NCBI GenBank assembly: GCA_963667255.1
Contig: OY762940.1
Coordinates: forward strand, 32,001 to 96,000
Origin: Candidatus Cloacimonadota bacterium
GTDB taxonomy: Bacteria > Cloacimonadota > Cloacimonadia > G963667145
Length of the DNA: 64,000 nt
Direction: 5' to 3'
The notes beneath the pieces are model-generated. The model had not been told where the DNA came from. It did not search any database and worked only from the letters and a program-made list of their open reading frames with translations. Each line of letters starts with the position of its first letter. Position 1 is the first letter of the stretch. A program made the translations under genes and the position numbers. This document shows, one piece after another, positions 40,654-50,781 of the stretch.

Positions 40654-40839
40654 TTATCTTTTTTTTCTGTATAATAGGGACAAAGGAATTAGCACCAAAT
40701 AGGCAATAATCAAGACTACACTTGAAGCGGAAACCAGCTCAAATCCCATCAAAATATAGCCCAACACCAAAAGAACCAAACTAACAATCAGCAACACCCA
40801 ATTCTCTTTGTCAAAATTAAAATTTTTCATCTTACTCAC
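40654..40839 (-). CDS. Small two-TM membrane protein (DUF3098-like)
   Basis: FDKENW..LLVLGYILM...AYLVLIP pattern; operonic overlap. Confidence 0.65.
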   Translation of the reverse strand: MSKMKNFNFDKENWVLLIVSLVLLVLGYILMGFELVSASSVVLIIAYLVLIPLSLLYRKKR

Positions 40840-41794
40840 TATCTCCTGTTAACAAATTTTTCAACTCTTCCTCAGCTTGTATTGCAAACTCTCCCTTATC
40901 CAAAAGCAAAACTTTCCTAAAATATTCAACAGATTCGTCAAGCAAACCTTGCCCAAGATAGATAAATCCCAAATGAAGCGTCATTTCAGCTTCCTGAAGA
41001 ACAGCCTCGCCTACCAAATACTTTTTTGCCAGCTCGTAAGCCTTTTCCTGCTTGCCCCATTTATAGTAAAGCCAAACCATAGAATCCCAATAATAAACAT
41101 TGTTCGGAGCACCTTGCACGCACTTCTCCAACAGCGAAAAAGCAAACGGGAAATACTCCGTTTTGTCGTTAATGACTATCGTGTACGCATACCAATTGGC
41201 AAAATCCAAATTATCAGGATACTTATTATACGCCATCTGAGCTATCGCAATCTCCTGTTCCCGCATACCAACATCATGCAAAAGCCCAAGAACAAAATTG
41301 TATAAACCCTTGGATTTGTCCCTATCGTCCACAATATCTTTTACCAAATAGCGAGCAGCAAGAGTATAATTGCCATCCAAATAGTTGAAAATCCCCGACA
41401 GATAGTTCAAAGAGCTCTTGCTATTGAGTGGCAAAGAATACAAATTTGACAATTCGTTCCAATTCTTAAAGAAGTCCTTGTCCAAATAGATGGTCTTAAA
41501 AATCGACAACACAAGCTTCTCTTCTATCATCTCGCTGTGATTGTCAAAAAGACTTGCATTCAAATAAAAATAGTAGGCATCACGGTAGCGATCTTCGTAA
41601 AAAGAGTATTCGCCCAAACCGAAATAATATTCAGCGGAGTGGGATAAATTGTCCGCCTTTTGCTGTAACTCAGGAATCGCCATCTCGCTGTCTGCTACCT
41701 CTATTTCCCGTGGTTCAACTATGCCTTTTTGATTTTGGGCACATGCAAACATCAAAAAACAGCTAATAGACAGCCAAAAAAAATTAGAATGCAT
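40832..41794 (-). CDS. TPR-containing lipoprotein
   Basis: Lipobox MFAC; ANWYAY, PNNVYYWDS..WLYYK, HLGFIY TPR motifs. Confidence 0.75.
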   Translation of the reverse strand: MHSNFFWLSISCFLMFACAQNQKGIVEPREIEVADSEMAIPELQQKADNLSHSAEYYFGLGEYSFYEDRYRDAYYFYLNASLFDNHSEMIEEKLVLSIFKTIYLDKDFFKNWNELSNLYSLPLNSKSSLNYLSGIFNYLDGNYTLAARYLVKDIVDDRDKSKGLYNFVLGLLHDVGMREQEIAIAQMAYNKYPDNLDFANWYAYTIVINDKTEYFPFAFSLLEKCVQGAPNNVYYWDSMVWLYYKWGKQEKAYELAKKYLVGEAVLQEAEMTLHLGFIYLGQGLLDESVEYFRKVLLLDKGEFAIQAEEELKNLLTGDSE

Positions 41795-42603
41795 TATTTG
41801 TAATCAATAGAATAAGTTAAGAGAATCTCCCTGTTTACTTTTGAACTTTCGTTAGAATTGAACTCAGGAGCATTTACCAAAATATCGTTGAAGTTGACCT
41901 GCAAAGCCAAATTAGGTGTCACTTCCAGTTTCAAACCGGCGTTCAGATAACCTCTGCCTTTGCCCAAGAGATTTTTCTTGTCCGCTACATTCGACTTGTC
42001 GCTTTCGTAGTCGTTGATACCCACACTGTAATCAACCAGCAAATTGAGCTTATTTCCTATGGATTTATCAAAACCGAAGAAAATATCCAAATCTCTGTCT
42101 TCATCATTTTCCAAAGAGTAGTTAGTTCCGAGAGACAGCCCCAAATTTCCCATAAAAAGGTAATTCTTGCTAAGCACCAAATAGATTCCCTTGGACTTGT
42201 AATCGTAGCGTTTGTAATCTTTCCAATAACGACCGGAGCCTTGATTGTCAAATCCGAAAACAACAGCAGGATTTTTTTCGGTTTCGTCCATTATCCGATA
42301 TTTAGCGGAAAAACCGATAATTTTTTGCCATTCAGGCTCTCTGTCTCCAACGACATTTTCTCCGGAAAAGCTAACACCAAACATAAAATACTGTACCAAA
42401 CCGACATTCGCTCCGACCATCAATCCGTCGTTTTTGAAAAGTTTGGAAGCGATTTCAGCTTCCCCTTTTTGCAAAATACCAGCGGTAGGAATACCGGCTA
42501 AACTTCTAATTTCTCTCGCATTCAGACCCATAAAAATCGAACAAAAAACAGAAAATAAAATAATTTTTTTCATCAAAGTTTTCCCCTCTCTCAAATAACG
42601 CAT
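41794..42603 (-). CDS. YjbH-like outer-membrane protein
   Basis: Signal peptide, IPTAGIL, GFDNQG, GRGYLNAG; beta-strand pattern. Confidence 0.6.
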   Translation of the reverse strand: MRYLREGKTLMKKIILFSVFCSIFMGLNAREIRSLAGIPTAGILQKGEAEIASKLFKNDGLMVGANVGLVQYFMFGVSFSGENVVGDREPEWQKIIGFSAKYRIMDETEKNPAVVFGFDNQGSGRYWKDYKRYDYKSKGIYLVLSKNYLFMGNLGLSLGTNYSLENDEDRDLDIFFGFDKSIGNKLNLLVDYSVGINDYESDKSNVADKKNLLGKGRGYLNAGLKLEVTPNLALQVNFNDILVNAPEFNSNESSKVNREILLTYSIDYK

Positions 42604-42606
42604 AAT

Positions 42607-43521
42607 TTACATCGCAAATTCATTGTCAATATAACTCAGAATTGTAGGCAAGTTGTTCTTTTCAGCAGATAATGTCAAATCAAACTTAATTTTTCTATAC
42701 CAAGTAAGTTGTCGCTTGGCAAAGTTTCTGGAGTCCTGTTTGGCTTTTTCCACACACACCTGCAACGATGCTTTGCCCGCAAAATACGGCTCAAACTCCT
42801 TGTAGCCGACTGTGTTCAGCCCCGGTGTCCCCCAAGAATAACCTCGCTCCAACAAAGATTTTATTTCATCCAACAATCCAAGCTCCATCATCGTATCAAA
42901 TCGCTTGTCAATTCTAGAGTAAAGCTCCGTCCTGTCTCGCTCCAACAAAATATTCACACATCTGAAATCGGTATCAGTTTCCACCTGTTCTTCCCAAAAA
43001 GAGGACAGAGGCTTCCCACAGCTAAAATAGACCAACAACGCTCTCTCAATCCTCGAAAAGTCGTTGGAATGCACCTTTGCCGCAATCTTCGGGTCAACCT
43101 CACATAACTTCTCATAGCGATTTTTAATCTCGGACAATTCAGCTCGTGCATCATCGATAACCTCGGGAATATTGTTCAGCCCCTGCAAAAATGCCTTGAT
43201 ATAAAAGCCAGTTCCTCCGACCAAGAGCGGAACTCTTCCCACATTATCCGCAACTATGGACTTCGCTCTTCTGACAAACTCACCAGCACTAAATCGCTCC
43301 CGCGGGTCTATCTCGCCAACAAGAAAATGGCTCACGAGACTAAGTTCATCATCAGAAGGTTTTGCCGTCCCAATCTTCATTCCCTTGTAAATTTGTCTGG
43401 AATCGGCAGAGATGATATAGCCGTTTAGAGACTGAGCCAAACTCAAAGCCAAATCGCTCTTGCCTACGGCTGTAGGTCCTTGCAAAGCAATAAGTAATGG
43501 TTTCTTATTTTTGTTCAACAA
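42607..43521 (-). CDS. miaA: tRNA dimethylallyltransferase
   Basis: GPTAVGKS, SADSRQIY.GM.IGTAKP, VGGTGFY, VGYKE, AKRQLTW. Confidence 0.97.
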   Translation of the reverse strand: MLNKNKKPLLIALQGPTAVGKSDLALSLAQSLNGYIISADSRQIYKGMKIGTAKPSDDELSLVSHFLVGEIDPRERFSAGEFVRRAKSIVADNVGRVPLLVGGTGFYIKAFLQGLNNIPEVIDDARAELSEIKNRYEKLCEVDPKIAAKVHSNDFSRIERALLVYFSCGKPLSSFWEEQVETDTDFRCVNILLERDRTELYSRIDKRFDTMMELGLLDEIKSLLERGYSWGTPGLNTVGYKEFEPYFAGKASLQVCVEKAKQDSRNFAKRQLTWYRKIKFDLTLSAEKNNLPTILSYIDNEFAM

Positions 43522-43524
43522 TTC

Positions 43525-45330
43525 CTAAGTTCTCTTGAATTTCTTTTCCAAATCAGCAATGGTAATCTTGGTGATAGTCGGTCTGCCGTGCGGACAAAAA
43601 TACGGAACTTGAGTCGCAAATAGCTCATTGATAAGGTGGAGCATCTGAATGCCCGACAACTTCTCTCCGGCTTTGATGGCAGCTTTGCAAGCGATACTGG
43701 CAGCCAAATTTTCCCGAAAATCGCTCTTCCTCTTTAGTCGTTGCTCCAAATCCTCGAAGAAAGAGACAAAGAAATCGGCAGAATTCCAGTCCCTCAACTC
43801 CGACGGGACCTCTTGGATAACCACGGAATTTCCGCTAAACTCCTTGATAAAAATGCCCACTTTCCCAAAATCATCAATATTTTCCCGCACAGTATCCTTC
43901 ACACTTTCCGAGAGAAAAGAGGGCAAATCAACCACAATGGGAAAAGCCAATTTCTGCGTAACCACGGTAGCCCCGTTCAATCTCTGCAACACCCTCTCGT
44001 AAAGCACCCTCTCATGAGCAGCATGCTGGTCGATAGCCAACAATCCACTTTCGTCCTGAATAAAAATATAACTCTGATGCAACTGCCACGGATTGATAAT
44101 GTTGAGTTCGGAATCGAGAGAAACCCTGACCGAAGAAACATCTTTCCCAGTTTCTTCCAAATCGTCATCTCCCATATTTCCACCAAAGATATCCAACTGC
44201 TCGGAAGCGACCGTTTGCGATTTGTCCGTTTTCTTTTGCAAGCGGTTATACATCTGCTTTTCACTCTCCGCCAAAGGTGCAAGATTTTCCTTTACCCTCT
44301 CCTGCAACGCCTCGAACTTTTCTCTTTCCCATGCCAAATAAGCGGTGTTCACAGCCTTGTTTACGCAATTATATACGAGCGAAGTGTCCAAAAACCGCAC
44401 TTCCTGTTTTGCCGGATGAACATTGAAATCGACCAACTCCGCATCAATCTGCAAAAATAGAATGAACGGAGGAACTTTGTTTCCAAATTTTTTAATTGCC
44501 GGCTCGTAACCCTTGGCAATTGCGTGAAAAATCAATGGATTTTTTACAAATCGACCGTTAATAAACAGATATTTCATATTCGGGAAAAGTTCCGAAGATT
44601 TCTCAAAATTGCCTATAAACCCGCTCACTGTAACGGTTGGCTTTTCAAAAGAATCGACTGGGATAAACTCGGCATCGATAAATTTTTTCCCGAAAACCAA
44701 CTCAACTCGCTTCAAGCTGTTTTTCATTGCAGGGTAGTCAAAAATCTTGCGGTCGTTGTGATATAGAACAAAGTGAATATCAGGATGAACGACAGTCTGA
44801 CAGTGAAGATAGTTCAAAATGTGGCGATACTCAACATCTGTCGATTTCAGGAATTTCCGTCGGGCAGGCAACTTCAGAAATAAACTGGTAACTTTGATGG
44901 TTGTGCCGTTCACACCGCTACTTTTTTCCATCGCCTTCAGCACACCAAAATTGAAAATAATCTTGTTCGCCAACATCTCATCAGCGGTCTTGCTAACCAT
45001 CTCCACTCTCGCCACAGAAGCGATGCTCGGTAGAGCCTCTCCTCTAAATCCCAAAGATTTAACCCTAAAAATGTCCGCTTCCGTCGCAATTTTGCTGGTG
45101 GCATGTCGCTCAAAAGCAAGCATCATATCTTGCGAATCCATCCCCTCACCATCATCAATAACCGTGACACCTCTCTTGCCGCCCATCAAAATCCGCACTT
45201 CGATGTTAGTCGCCTTGGCATCGATAGAGTTCTCCACCAGTTCCTTCACAATGGAATAGGGTCGCTCGATGACCTCACCAGCAGCTATTTTGTTGGAAAC
45301 TTGCTCGGACAGTATATTAATTTTGCTCAT
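43525..45330 (-). CDS. mutL: DNA mismatch repair protein MutL
   Basis: IAAGEVIERP, HATSK, GFRGEAL, NVHPAK; endonuclease motifs DQHAAHER, ACK, CPHGRP. Confidence 0.97.
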   Translation of the reverse strand: MSKINILSEQVSNKIAAGEVIERPYSIVKELVENSIDAKATNIEVRILMGGKRGVTVIDDGEGMDSQDMMLAFERHATSKIATEADIFRVKSLGFRGEALPSIASVARVEMVSKTADEMLANKIIFNFGVLKAMEKSSGVNGTTIKVTSLFLKLPARRKFLKSTDVEYRHILNYLHCQTVVHPDIHFVLYHNDRKIFDYPAMKNSLKRVELVFGKKFIDAEFIPVDSFEKPTVTVSGFIGNFEKSSELFPNMKYLFINGRFVKNPLIFHAIAKGYEPAIKKFGNKVPPFILFLQIDAELVDFNVHPAKQEVRFLDTSLVYNCVNKAVNTAYLAWEREKFEALQERVKENLAPLAESEKQMYNRLQKKTDKSQTVASEQLDIFGGNMGDDDLEETGKDVSSVRVSLDSELNIINPWQLHQSYIFIQDESGLLAIDQHAAHERVLYERVLQRLNGATVVTQKLAFPIVVDLPSFLSESVKDTVRENIDDFGKVGIFIKEFSGNSVVIQEVPSELRDWNSADFFVSFFEDLEQRLKRKSDFRENLAASIACKAAIKAGEKLSGIQMLHLINELFATQVPYFCPHGRPTITKITIADLEKKFKRT

Positions 45331-46250
45331 TTCTTCATTTTATCCCTGGGATGATTTTTTTTGTAAATTTCCTTGATTTTGCTGAGACTGACATGCGTGT
45401 AAATCTCCGTCGTCGATAAGTTGGAATGCCCCAACATCTCTTGAACCGCTTTCAAATCTGCCCCCGCATCCAATAAGTGTGTCGCAAAAGAGTGACGAAT
45501 GCTGTGCGGAGAACAGCCTTTGCTGTCAGCCACCAAGTCCAAATATCTGCCAATAATCTGTCTCAACTGGTCAGCATCCATCGGCAATCCACTCTTGGAA
45601 ACAAACAAAACTTCCGTATCCCGAGGAGAGAAACTATCGCGGATTTTCAAATAATCGGACAGAGCCTGCAACGCAAATTTTCCCACAGGCACTATTCGCT
45701 GCTTATTGCCTTTTCCTATCAAATCTATCAACCCTTTTTTGAAATCTATCTGACCAATTGTGCAAGAAGCCACTTCCGAAATCCGCAGTCCACACGAATA
45801 CATCAACTCCAAAATCGCCTTGTTGCGAATCCCAAATTTGTCATTATTTTCCGGAATGGACAACAGCCTTTCCATCTGATTTTTATCGAGAAAGACAGGC
45901 AAATGCGAACTGAATTTCGGCAACTTCATCCCCGCAACAAGATTGCTCTTGACCAGACCCTCTTTGAACATATAAGCATAAAAATCCTTAATCACCACCA
46001 TTTTGTGCGACATCGACCTATTGCTCAGTCCCTTCTGCATCGACTTGGCAAAATAAGCCTTCAACACAACCTTGCTCACCTTATCCAAATCCGCTTCATC
46101 TCCGAAGCCCTCTTTGATAAAACCGCTAAAATCTTTCAGTTCATTTTGATAAGAAGTGATGGTATTTTCCGCCATCTCTCTGGCTCTCATATAGTCCAAA
46201 TATTTTTTAATTTTCATATCCAACATAACAAAAGAACTCTCTTTTATCAT
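45327..46250 (-). CDS. xerC: Tyrosine recombinase XerC/XerD (true start probably 46226 or 46217)
   Basis: GLRISE, GKGNKQR, PHSIRHSFATHLL, MLGH, TTEIYTHV. Confidence 0.85.
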   Translation of the reverse strand: MIKESSFVMLDMKIKKYLDYMRAREMAENTITSYQNELKDFSGFIKEGFGDEADLDKVSKVVLKAYFAKSMQKGLSNRSMSHKMVVIKDFYAYMFKEGLVKSNLVAGMKLPKFSSHLPVFLDKNQMERLLSIPENNDKFGIRNKAILELMYSCGLRISEVASCTIGQIDFKKGLIDLIGKGNKQRIVPVGKFALQALSDYLKIRDSFSPRDTEVLFVSKSGLPMDADQLRQIIGRYLDLVADSKGCSPHSIRHSFATHLLDAGADLKAVQEMLGHSNLSTTEIYTHVSLSKIKEIYKKNHPRDKMKK

Positions 46251-46406
46251 CCATTCTAAGTCAAGGAAAAATTAGCTTATTAACCAAATCACAACAAAAA
46301 TGTCAAGCAGAGTGTAACTCACACAATTGACAAGAATTATCACTAATTTAAGGAAATTGCTTGCCTTATTTCTTACAACCAAAAAAATGTGAAACAAGAA
46401 TATAAT

Positions 46407-46483
46407 CGGGGTGTGGCTCAGTCCGGTAGAGCACAGTGTTCGGGACGCTGGGGCCGTAGGTTCAAATCCTATCACCCCGACCA
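46407..46483 (+). tRNA. tRNA-Pro (CGG)
   Basis: CGGGGTG acceptor stem, anticodon loop TTCGGGA, GGTTCAAATCC T-arm, encoded CCA. Confidence 0.97.
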
Positions 46484-46524
46484 TTTTTTTTTATACCCTT
46501 TATTTTATTAATGAACTATTTTAG

Positions 46525-47595
46525 ATGAATTTTAACAGAAACAACAAGAAGGTATTAGTTACAGGAGCTGCCGGCTTTATAGGTCTGCACCTGTGCCTGC
46601 GACTTCTCGACAAAGGATACGAAGTTATCGGACTGGACAATATTAACAGCTATTACGCCGTTGAGCTAAAACACGGCAGATTAGCTGAGCTGGGAATCGA
46701 AGTTGACAAAATTCAGTGGAACACTCTCATCTGTAGCAACTCTTTCCCCAACTTCAAATTCATCCAAGCCAATCTGGAAGACAAGACAACCATCGATAAT
46801 CTCTTCTCAACCCAAAATTTCGACAACGCTTGTCATTTGGCGGCACAAGCTGGAGTTCGTTACAGCCTGATAAACCCCGATGCTTATATCCAAAGCAATA
46901 TTGTGGGATTCTTGAATATTCTGGAGGCTTGCCGTCACCACAAAGTGAAAGCACTTACTTATGCAAGTTCATCGAGTGTTTACGGGATGAACGGAAAACA
47001 GCCGTTTTCCACCTCCGATAATGTTGACCATCCCGTTTCCCTCTACGCTGCCAGCAAAAAAGCCAACGAGCTGATGGCACACACCTACTCTCATCTCTAC
47101 AATCTCCCGACTACAGGATTGCGATTTTTCACTGTTTACGGACCTTGGGGCAGACCGGATATGGCACCTTTTTTATTCACAAAAGCCATCATCGAAGACA
47201 AACCCATTGATGTTTACAATAGCGGAGATATGCAACGAGATTTCACCTACATCGACGATATCATCGAGGGTGTAATGAAAGTTATCGAAAGCCAGCCGAA
47301 CGGAGCAAACCCCCAAAATCTTAATACTTCATCTTCTCTTGCCCCTTACAAAATTTACAACATCGGCAACAGTTCTCCCGTAAATCTAATGGATTTTATT
47401 TCGGCTATAGAGAAGAAACTGGACAAAAAAGCACAAATGAATTTCCTCCCTATGCAACCTGGAGATGTCCCTTCCACTTGGGCGGACACAAAAGATTTGG
47501 AAAAAGATTTTGATTATAAACCAAATACAGATATTCAAACAGGTATCAACCATTTTATTGATTGGTATAAAGAGTTTTACAATATTTACGCTTAA
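46525..47595 (+). CDS. UDP-glucuronate 4-epimerase-like (CapI/WcaG) SDR
   Basis: TGAAGFIG, LAAQAGVRYS, ASSSSVYG, LYAASKK, FFTVYGPWGRPDMA, MQPGDV. Confidence 0.92.
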   Translation: MNFNRNNKKVLVTGAAGFIGLHLCLRLLDKGYEVIGLDNINSYYAVELKHGRLAELGIEVDKIQWNTLICSNSFPNFKFIQANLEDKTTIDNLFSTQNFDNACHLAAQAGVRYSLINPDAYIQSNIVGFLNILEACRHHKVKALTYASSSSVYGMNGKQPFSTSDNVDHPVSLYAASKKANELMAHTYSHLYNLPTTGLRFFTVYGPWGRPDMAPFLFTKAIIEDKPIDVYNSGDMQRDFTYIDDIIEGVMKVIESQPNGANPQNLNTSSSLAPYKIYNIGNSSPVNLMDFISAIEKKLDKKAQMNFLPMQPGDVPSTWADTKDLEKDFDYKPNTDIQTGINHFIDWYKEFYNIYA

Positions 47596-47626
47596 TAAAA
47601 ACAAATAAATCAAAGGAGTTCTTATA

Positions 47627-48574
47627 ATGAAAGAATTAGTAGTAATTGCACTTGGTGGAAATGCCATCAAACAAGCTGGAGAAGAAGGCACAGACCAACA
47701 ACAATTTACCAACATAGACATCGCCTCCAAACAAATCGTGAAATTGAGCCAAGCTGGCTATAAGTTAGTAGTAACTCACGGCAACGGTCCTCAAGCAGGA
47801 AACCTTTTAATCCAACAAGAAGAAGGGAAATCTTTGGTTCCCGCTCTTCCTCTCAATGTTGTAGGCGGGATGACCCAAGGTCAAATAGGTTATATGTTCC
47901 AAAACAGACTGCAAAACAATTTTAGTCTTGTAGGAAAAAATGTTTCCGCTGTATCTTTGGTAACTCAAGTTTTGGTAGATAAAGATGACCCTGATTTTAA
48001 AGACCCTTCTAAACCAGTTGGACCATTCTACACAAAAGAAGAGGCTGCTGACCTCAGAGACAATAAAGGCTATATCGTAAAAGAGGTTAAGCCCGGTGTA
48101 GAAAAAAGTTGGAGAAGAGTTGTGCCGTCTCCTGAGCCAAAAGACATCGTAGAAAAAGATGCTATTAACGCTCTTATCGCTTCAGGCGTTGTTACTATCG
48201 CTTGCGGTGGTGGTGGTATTCCTGTAAAACAAGACGGAAAGCAAATCATCGGAATCGAAGGCGTTATCGACAAAGACAAAACCGGTAATGTCCTCGCTCA
48301 GTCCGTTAACGCTGATGTTTTGATGATTTTGACAGATGTGGAAAACGCCCTTATCAACTACAACAAGCCTAACCAAAAAGCCGTTGGTTCCGTGACTGTC
48401 GATGAGATGCAAAAGCTTTTTGATGAAGGTCACTTCCTCGGTGGTTCTATGGGACCAAAAGTTGAAGCTGCTATGCGTTTCGTGAGAGCAACCGGTAAAA
48501 AAGCTATCATTACTTCTTTGGACAAAGCCGAAGACGCTCTTGCCGGCAAAACCGGAACAATCATTAGTTCGTAA
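47627..48574 (+). CDS. arcC: Carbamate kinase
   Basis: ALGGNA, THGNGPQ, KPVGPF, WRRVVPSP, GGGGIPV, VIDKD, GSMGPKV. Confidence 0.95.
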   Translation: MKELVVIALGGNAIKQAGEEGTDQQQFTNIDIASKQIVKLSQAGYKLVVTHGNGPQAGNLLIQQEEGKSLVPALPLNVVGGMTQGQIGYMFQNRLQNNFSLVGKNVSAVSLVTQVLVDKDDPDFKDPSKPVGPFYTKEEAADLRDNKGYIVKEVKPGVEKSWRRVVPSPEPKDIVEKDAINALIASGVVTIACGGGGIPVKQDGKQIIGIEGVIDKDKTGNVLAQSVNADVLMILTDVENALINYNKPNQKAVGSVTVDEMQKLFDEGHFLGGSMGPKVEAAMRFVRATGKKAIITSLDKAEDALAGKTGTIISS

Positions 48575-48589
48575 TTTTTAATCCAAAAT

Positions 48590-48621
48590 AAAAAAGCTGA
48601 GTTTTTAACTCAGCTTTTTTT
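48590..48621. terminator. Bidirectional intrinsic terminator
   Basis: aaaaaagctgagtt-ttt-aactcagctttttt between convergent genes. Confidence 0.85.
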
Positions 48622-48634
48622 CTGCCCAAAATTT

Positions 48635-49159
48635 CTACAACTCTTGCAACGCCTTAACAACAGTATTTACAATCACAGAATAGTAAGCAAATTCACGATT
48701 TTCTTCAAATTTGCCAATGGAAGCCTTGAAAGTTCTGTAAGTATTCCCAGAGAATTTTTTCGCAGCAATTTCGGAATCGCCTTTCTTTACGATAAGTTCT
48801 ATATCACAATCTACATCTGTTAACACTTTGGAACTGAAAGCGTGCAAGTTCCGATTTATCTTCAACTTCACAACCACTTCAAAATTAGAGTCTGCAGAAT
48901 TTAATCCATTCTCTTCTAATTTTCCAGAAATAAATTTCGAAAAATATTGTTCCAATTGATTTCTATTCAGACAATTATTCTCTTCAGGTTTGGTAGATTC
49001 TTCATCCTCAACTACAACCTCTTTCAAAACAAAAGTTTTCTCACTATTCGCAAACATCTGTTTTGCATCAGCAGAATTAAACGGATAATACGGCTTTTTG
49101 GTAGCACAACCAAACATTAACACTGATGCAAAAACAAACAGCAACATTTTAATTTTCAT
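48635..49159 (-). CDS. Hypothetical lipoprotein
   Basis: RBS ggag, lipobox MFGC. Confidence 0.7.
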   Translation of the reverse strand: MKIKMLLFVFASVLMFGCATKKPYYPFNSADAKQMFANSEKTFVLKEVVVEDEESTKPEENNCLNRNQLEQYFSKFISGKLEENGLNSADSNFEVVVKLKINRNLHAFSSKVLTDVDCDIELIVKKGDSEIAAKKFSGNTYRTFKASIGKFEENREFAYYSVIVNTVVKALQEL

Positions 49160-49221
49160 TTTCTCTCCAACATCGTTTTCATTACTCTGAAATCATTCAA
49201 AAAATGTCAACACAATACAAC

Positions 49222-49251
49222 AAAAAAAGGCAACTTGAAAAAGTCGCCTTT
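49222..49251 (-). terminator. Intrinsic terminator after the PLP enzyme gene
   Basis: Minus strand aaaggcgactt-tttc-aagttgccttt followed by a U run. Confidence 0.7.
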
Positions 49252-49267
49252 GATATTTTCGTTTAAA

Positions 49268-50746
49268 TTAATCTTCCAAAAGACCTACATCTTTGTTGAA
49301 TTGCTTGATTTTTTCATCCCAAAATTCCATGCAGTCAAATCTCTCATCCCAATAGTTCTCATCGAACCATTGAGCATTAATCTCTTCCACAGTCTTACCT
49401 TGTTGCTCTACCCAAGTGAAATATTTAAGATTGTGCATTCTTCTCTTGTCAACATGCGTAAGCTCCATAGCGTATTCGGTGTCAAGTCCCATCAAAGAAG
49501 CCTTATAAGCAACAGCAGCAGCAACATTATCAAACTTGCCTTTCATCTCTGCTTGCTCTTTGAGGCGAGATTGATACATCTCCATAGAGTCTGTAGCAAC
49601 TGTGAAAACGCAATCGTTTTCGTTCATCTCGTAGTATTTAGCCATCTTGATAGCACCCATCATATTAGCGATGCTGGAGATACCCAAAAGATGCAATTTG
49701 CCAATAAGGTCTTTGCTCACGCCTTTGGCAGCAAGAAGTTTTTGACCTTCAGCCTCGTTGAATAGACGCATAATCTCCATATTAGCTTCATCGTCAATCC
49801 CAATAACCATATCAGTGCTCTTTAGATTGTGTATCCAAGGAACATGCTTGTCGCCGATACCCTCAATCTTGTGTCCACCAAATCCGTTCTCAAGCAAAGT
49901 AGGGCATTGCAAAGCCTCGCCTGCAGCCAATTTAACGGTCGGAGAATGATATTTTTTGAGATAATCTGCACAAGCAAGCGTGCCTGCAGAACCTTGAGTA
50001 AGGAAAACGCCAGCCAATCTTTGACCTTTGTCGGCATTCTTATCAAAAACCTCTTTCATCGCTCTACCGGTTACATTGTAATGCCACATACTATTGCCAA
50101 AATTCTCGAATTGGTTGAAGTTCAAAACAGCTTCGCCTCTCTCGGCAACCAACTCTTTAGCTTTATCATAAATCTCTTTCACATTGGATTCACAACCAGG
50201 TGTAGCAAAAACTTCAGCACCAATCTTGCGAAGCCAATCAAATCTCTCTTGGCTCATCTCTTCGGGAAGGATAGCGATGGAGCTATATCCCAAAAGATAA
50301 GAATCGTAAGCACCACCACGGCAATAGTTACCAGTGGAAGGCCAAATAGCTTTTTGAGTAGTAGGGTCAAACTCGCCCATAGTCATAGCTTGGATAAGCG
50401 GACCGTAAGTTGCACCCACTTTGTGAGCTCCAGTCGGGAAGTATTTACCAACCAAAATGAAAATTCTGGCATCCACACCGGAAATAGCTTTTGGAATTTC
50501 CACGAAATTCACATCGCCAAATCCTTTACCTTCGTGTTGAGGATCGGCAACCTCTTCGTTTTTCCAAGTGATACGGAACAAATTAGCAGGGTCCAAATCC
50601 CAAATAGACAAATCTTTCAATTTATTTTTAATGCTTTGCGGGACAGTCTCGGGATTAATTTGTTGTGCCAAAGTCGGCAATATCACATTTCTCTTGCGAC
50701 ATTGCTCAACGGCGGTTTGATAAACCTCTTTTTTGGTTTTAGCCAT
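49268..50746 (-). CDS. Fold-type II PLP-dependent enzyme (TrpB/CysK superfamily, uncharacterised subfamily)
   Basis: FPTGAHKVGA (PLP Lys), WPSTGNY, GSAGT, HKIEGIG. Confidence 0.85.
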   Translation of the reverse strand: MAKTKKEVYQTAVEQCRKRNVILPTLAQQINPETVPQSIKNKLKDLSIWDLDPANLFRITWKNEEVADPQHEGKGFGDVNFVEIPKAISGVDARIFILVGKYFPTGAHKVGATYGPLIQAMTMGEFDPTTQKAIWPSTGNYCRGGAYDSYLLGYSSIAILPEEMSQERFDWLRKIGAEVFATPGCESNVKEIYDKAKELVAERGEAVLNFNQFENFGNSMWHYNVTGRAMKEVFDKNADKGQRLAGVFLTQGSAGTLACADYLKKYHSPTVKLAAGEALQCPTLLENGFGGHKIEGIGDKHVPWIHNLKSTDMVIGIDDEANMEIMRLFNEAEGQKLLAAKGVSKDLIGKLHLLGISSIANMMGAIKMAKYYEMNENDCVFTVATDSMEMYQSRLKEQAEMKGKFDNVAAAVAYKASLMGLDTEYAMELTHVDKRRMHNLKYFTWVEQQGKTVEEINAQWFDENYWDERFDCMEFWDEKIKQFNKDVGLLED

Positions 50747-50781
50747 TTTCTAAATCTCCTTAAATTCATAAATATTTTAAA

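Noticed and set aside
45327..46483. Integrase plus tRNA-Pro as a genomic-island boundary
   Set aside because: The recombinase is XerC/D-like and overlaps mutL in an operon, lies at the tRNA 5' side, and no duplicated tRNA 3' end was seen.
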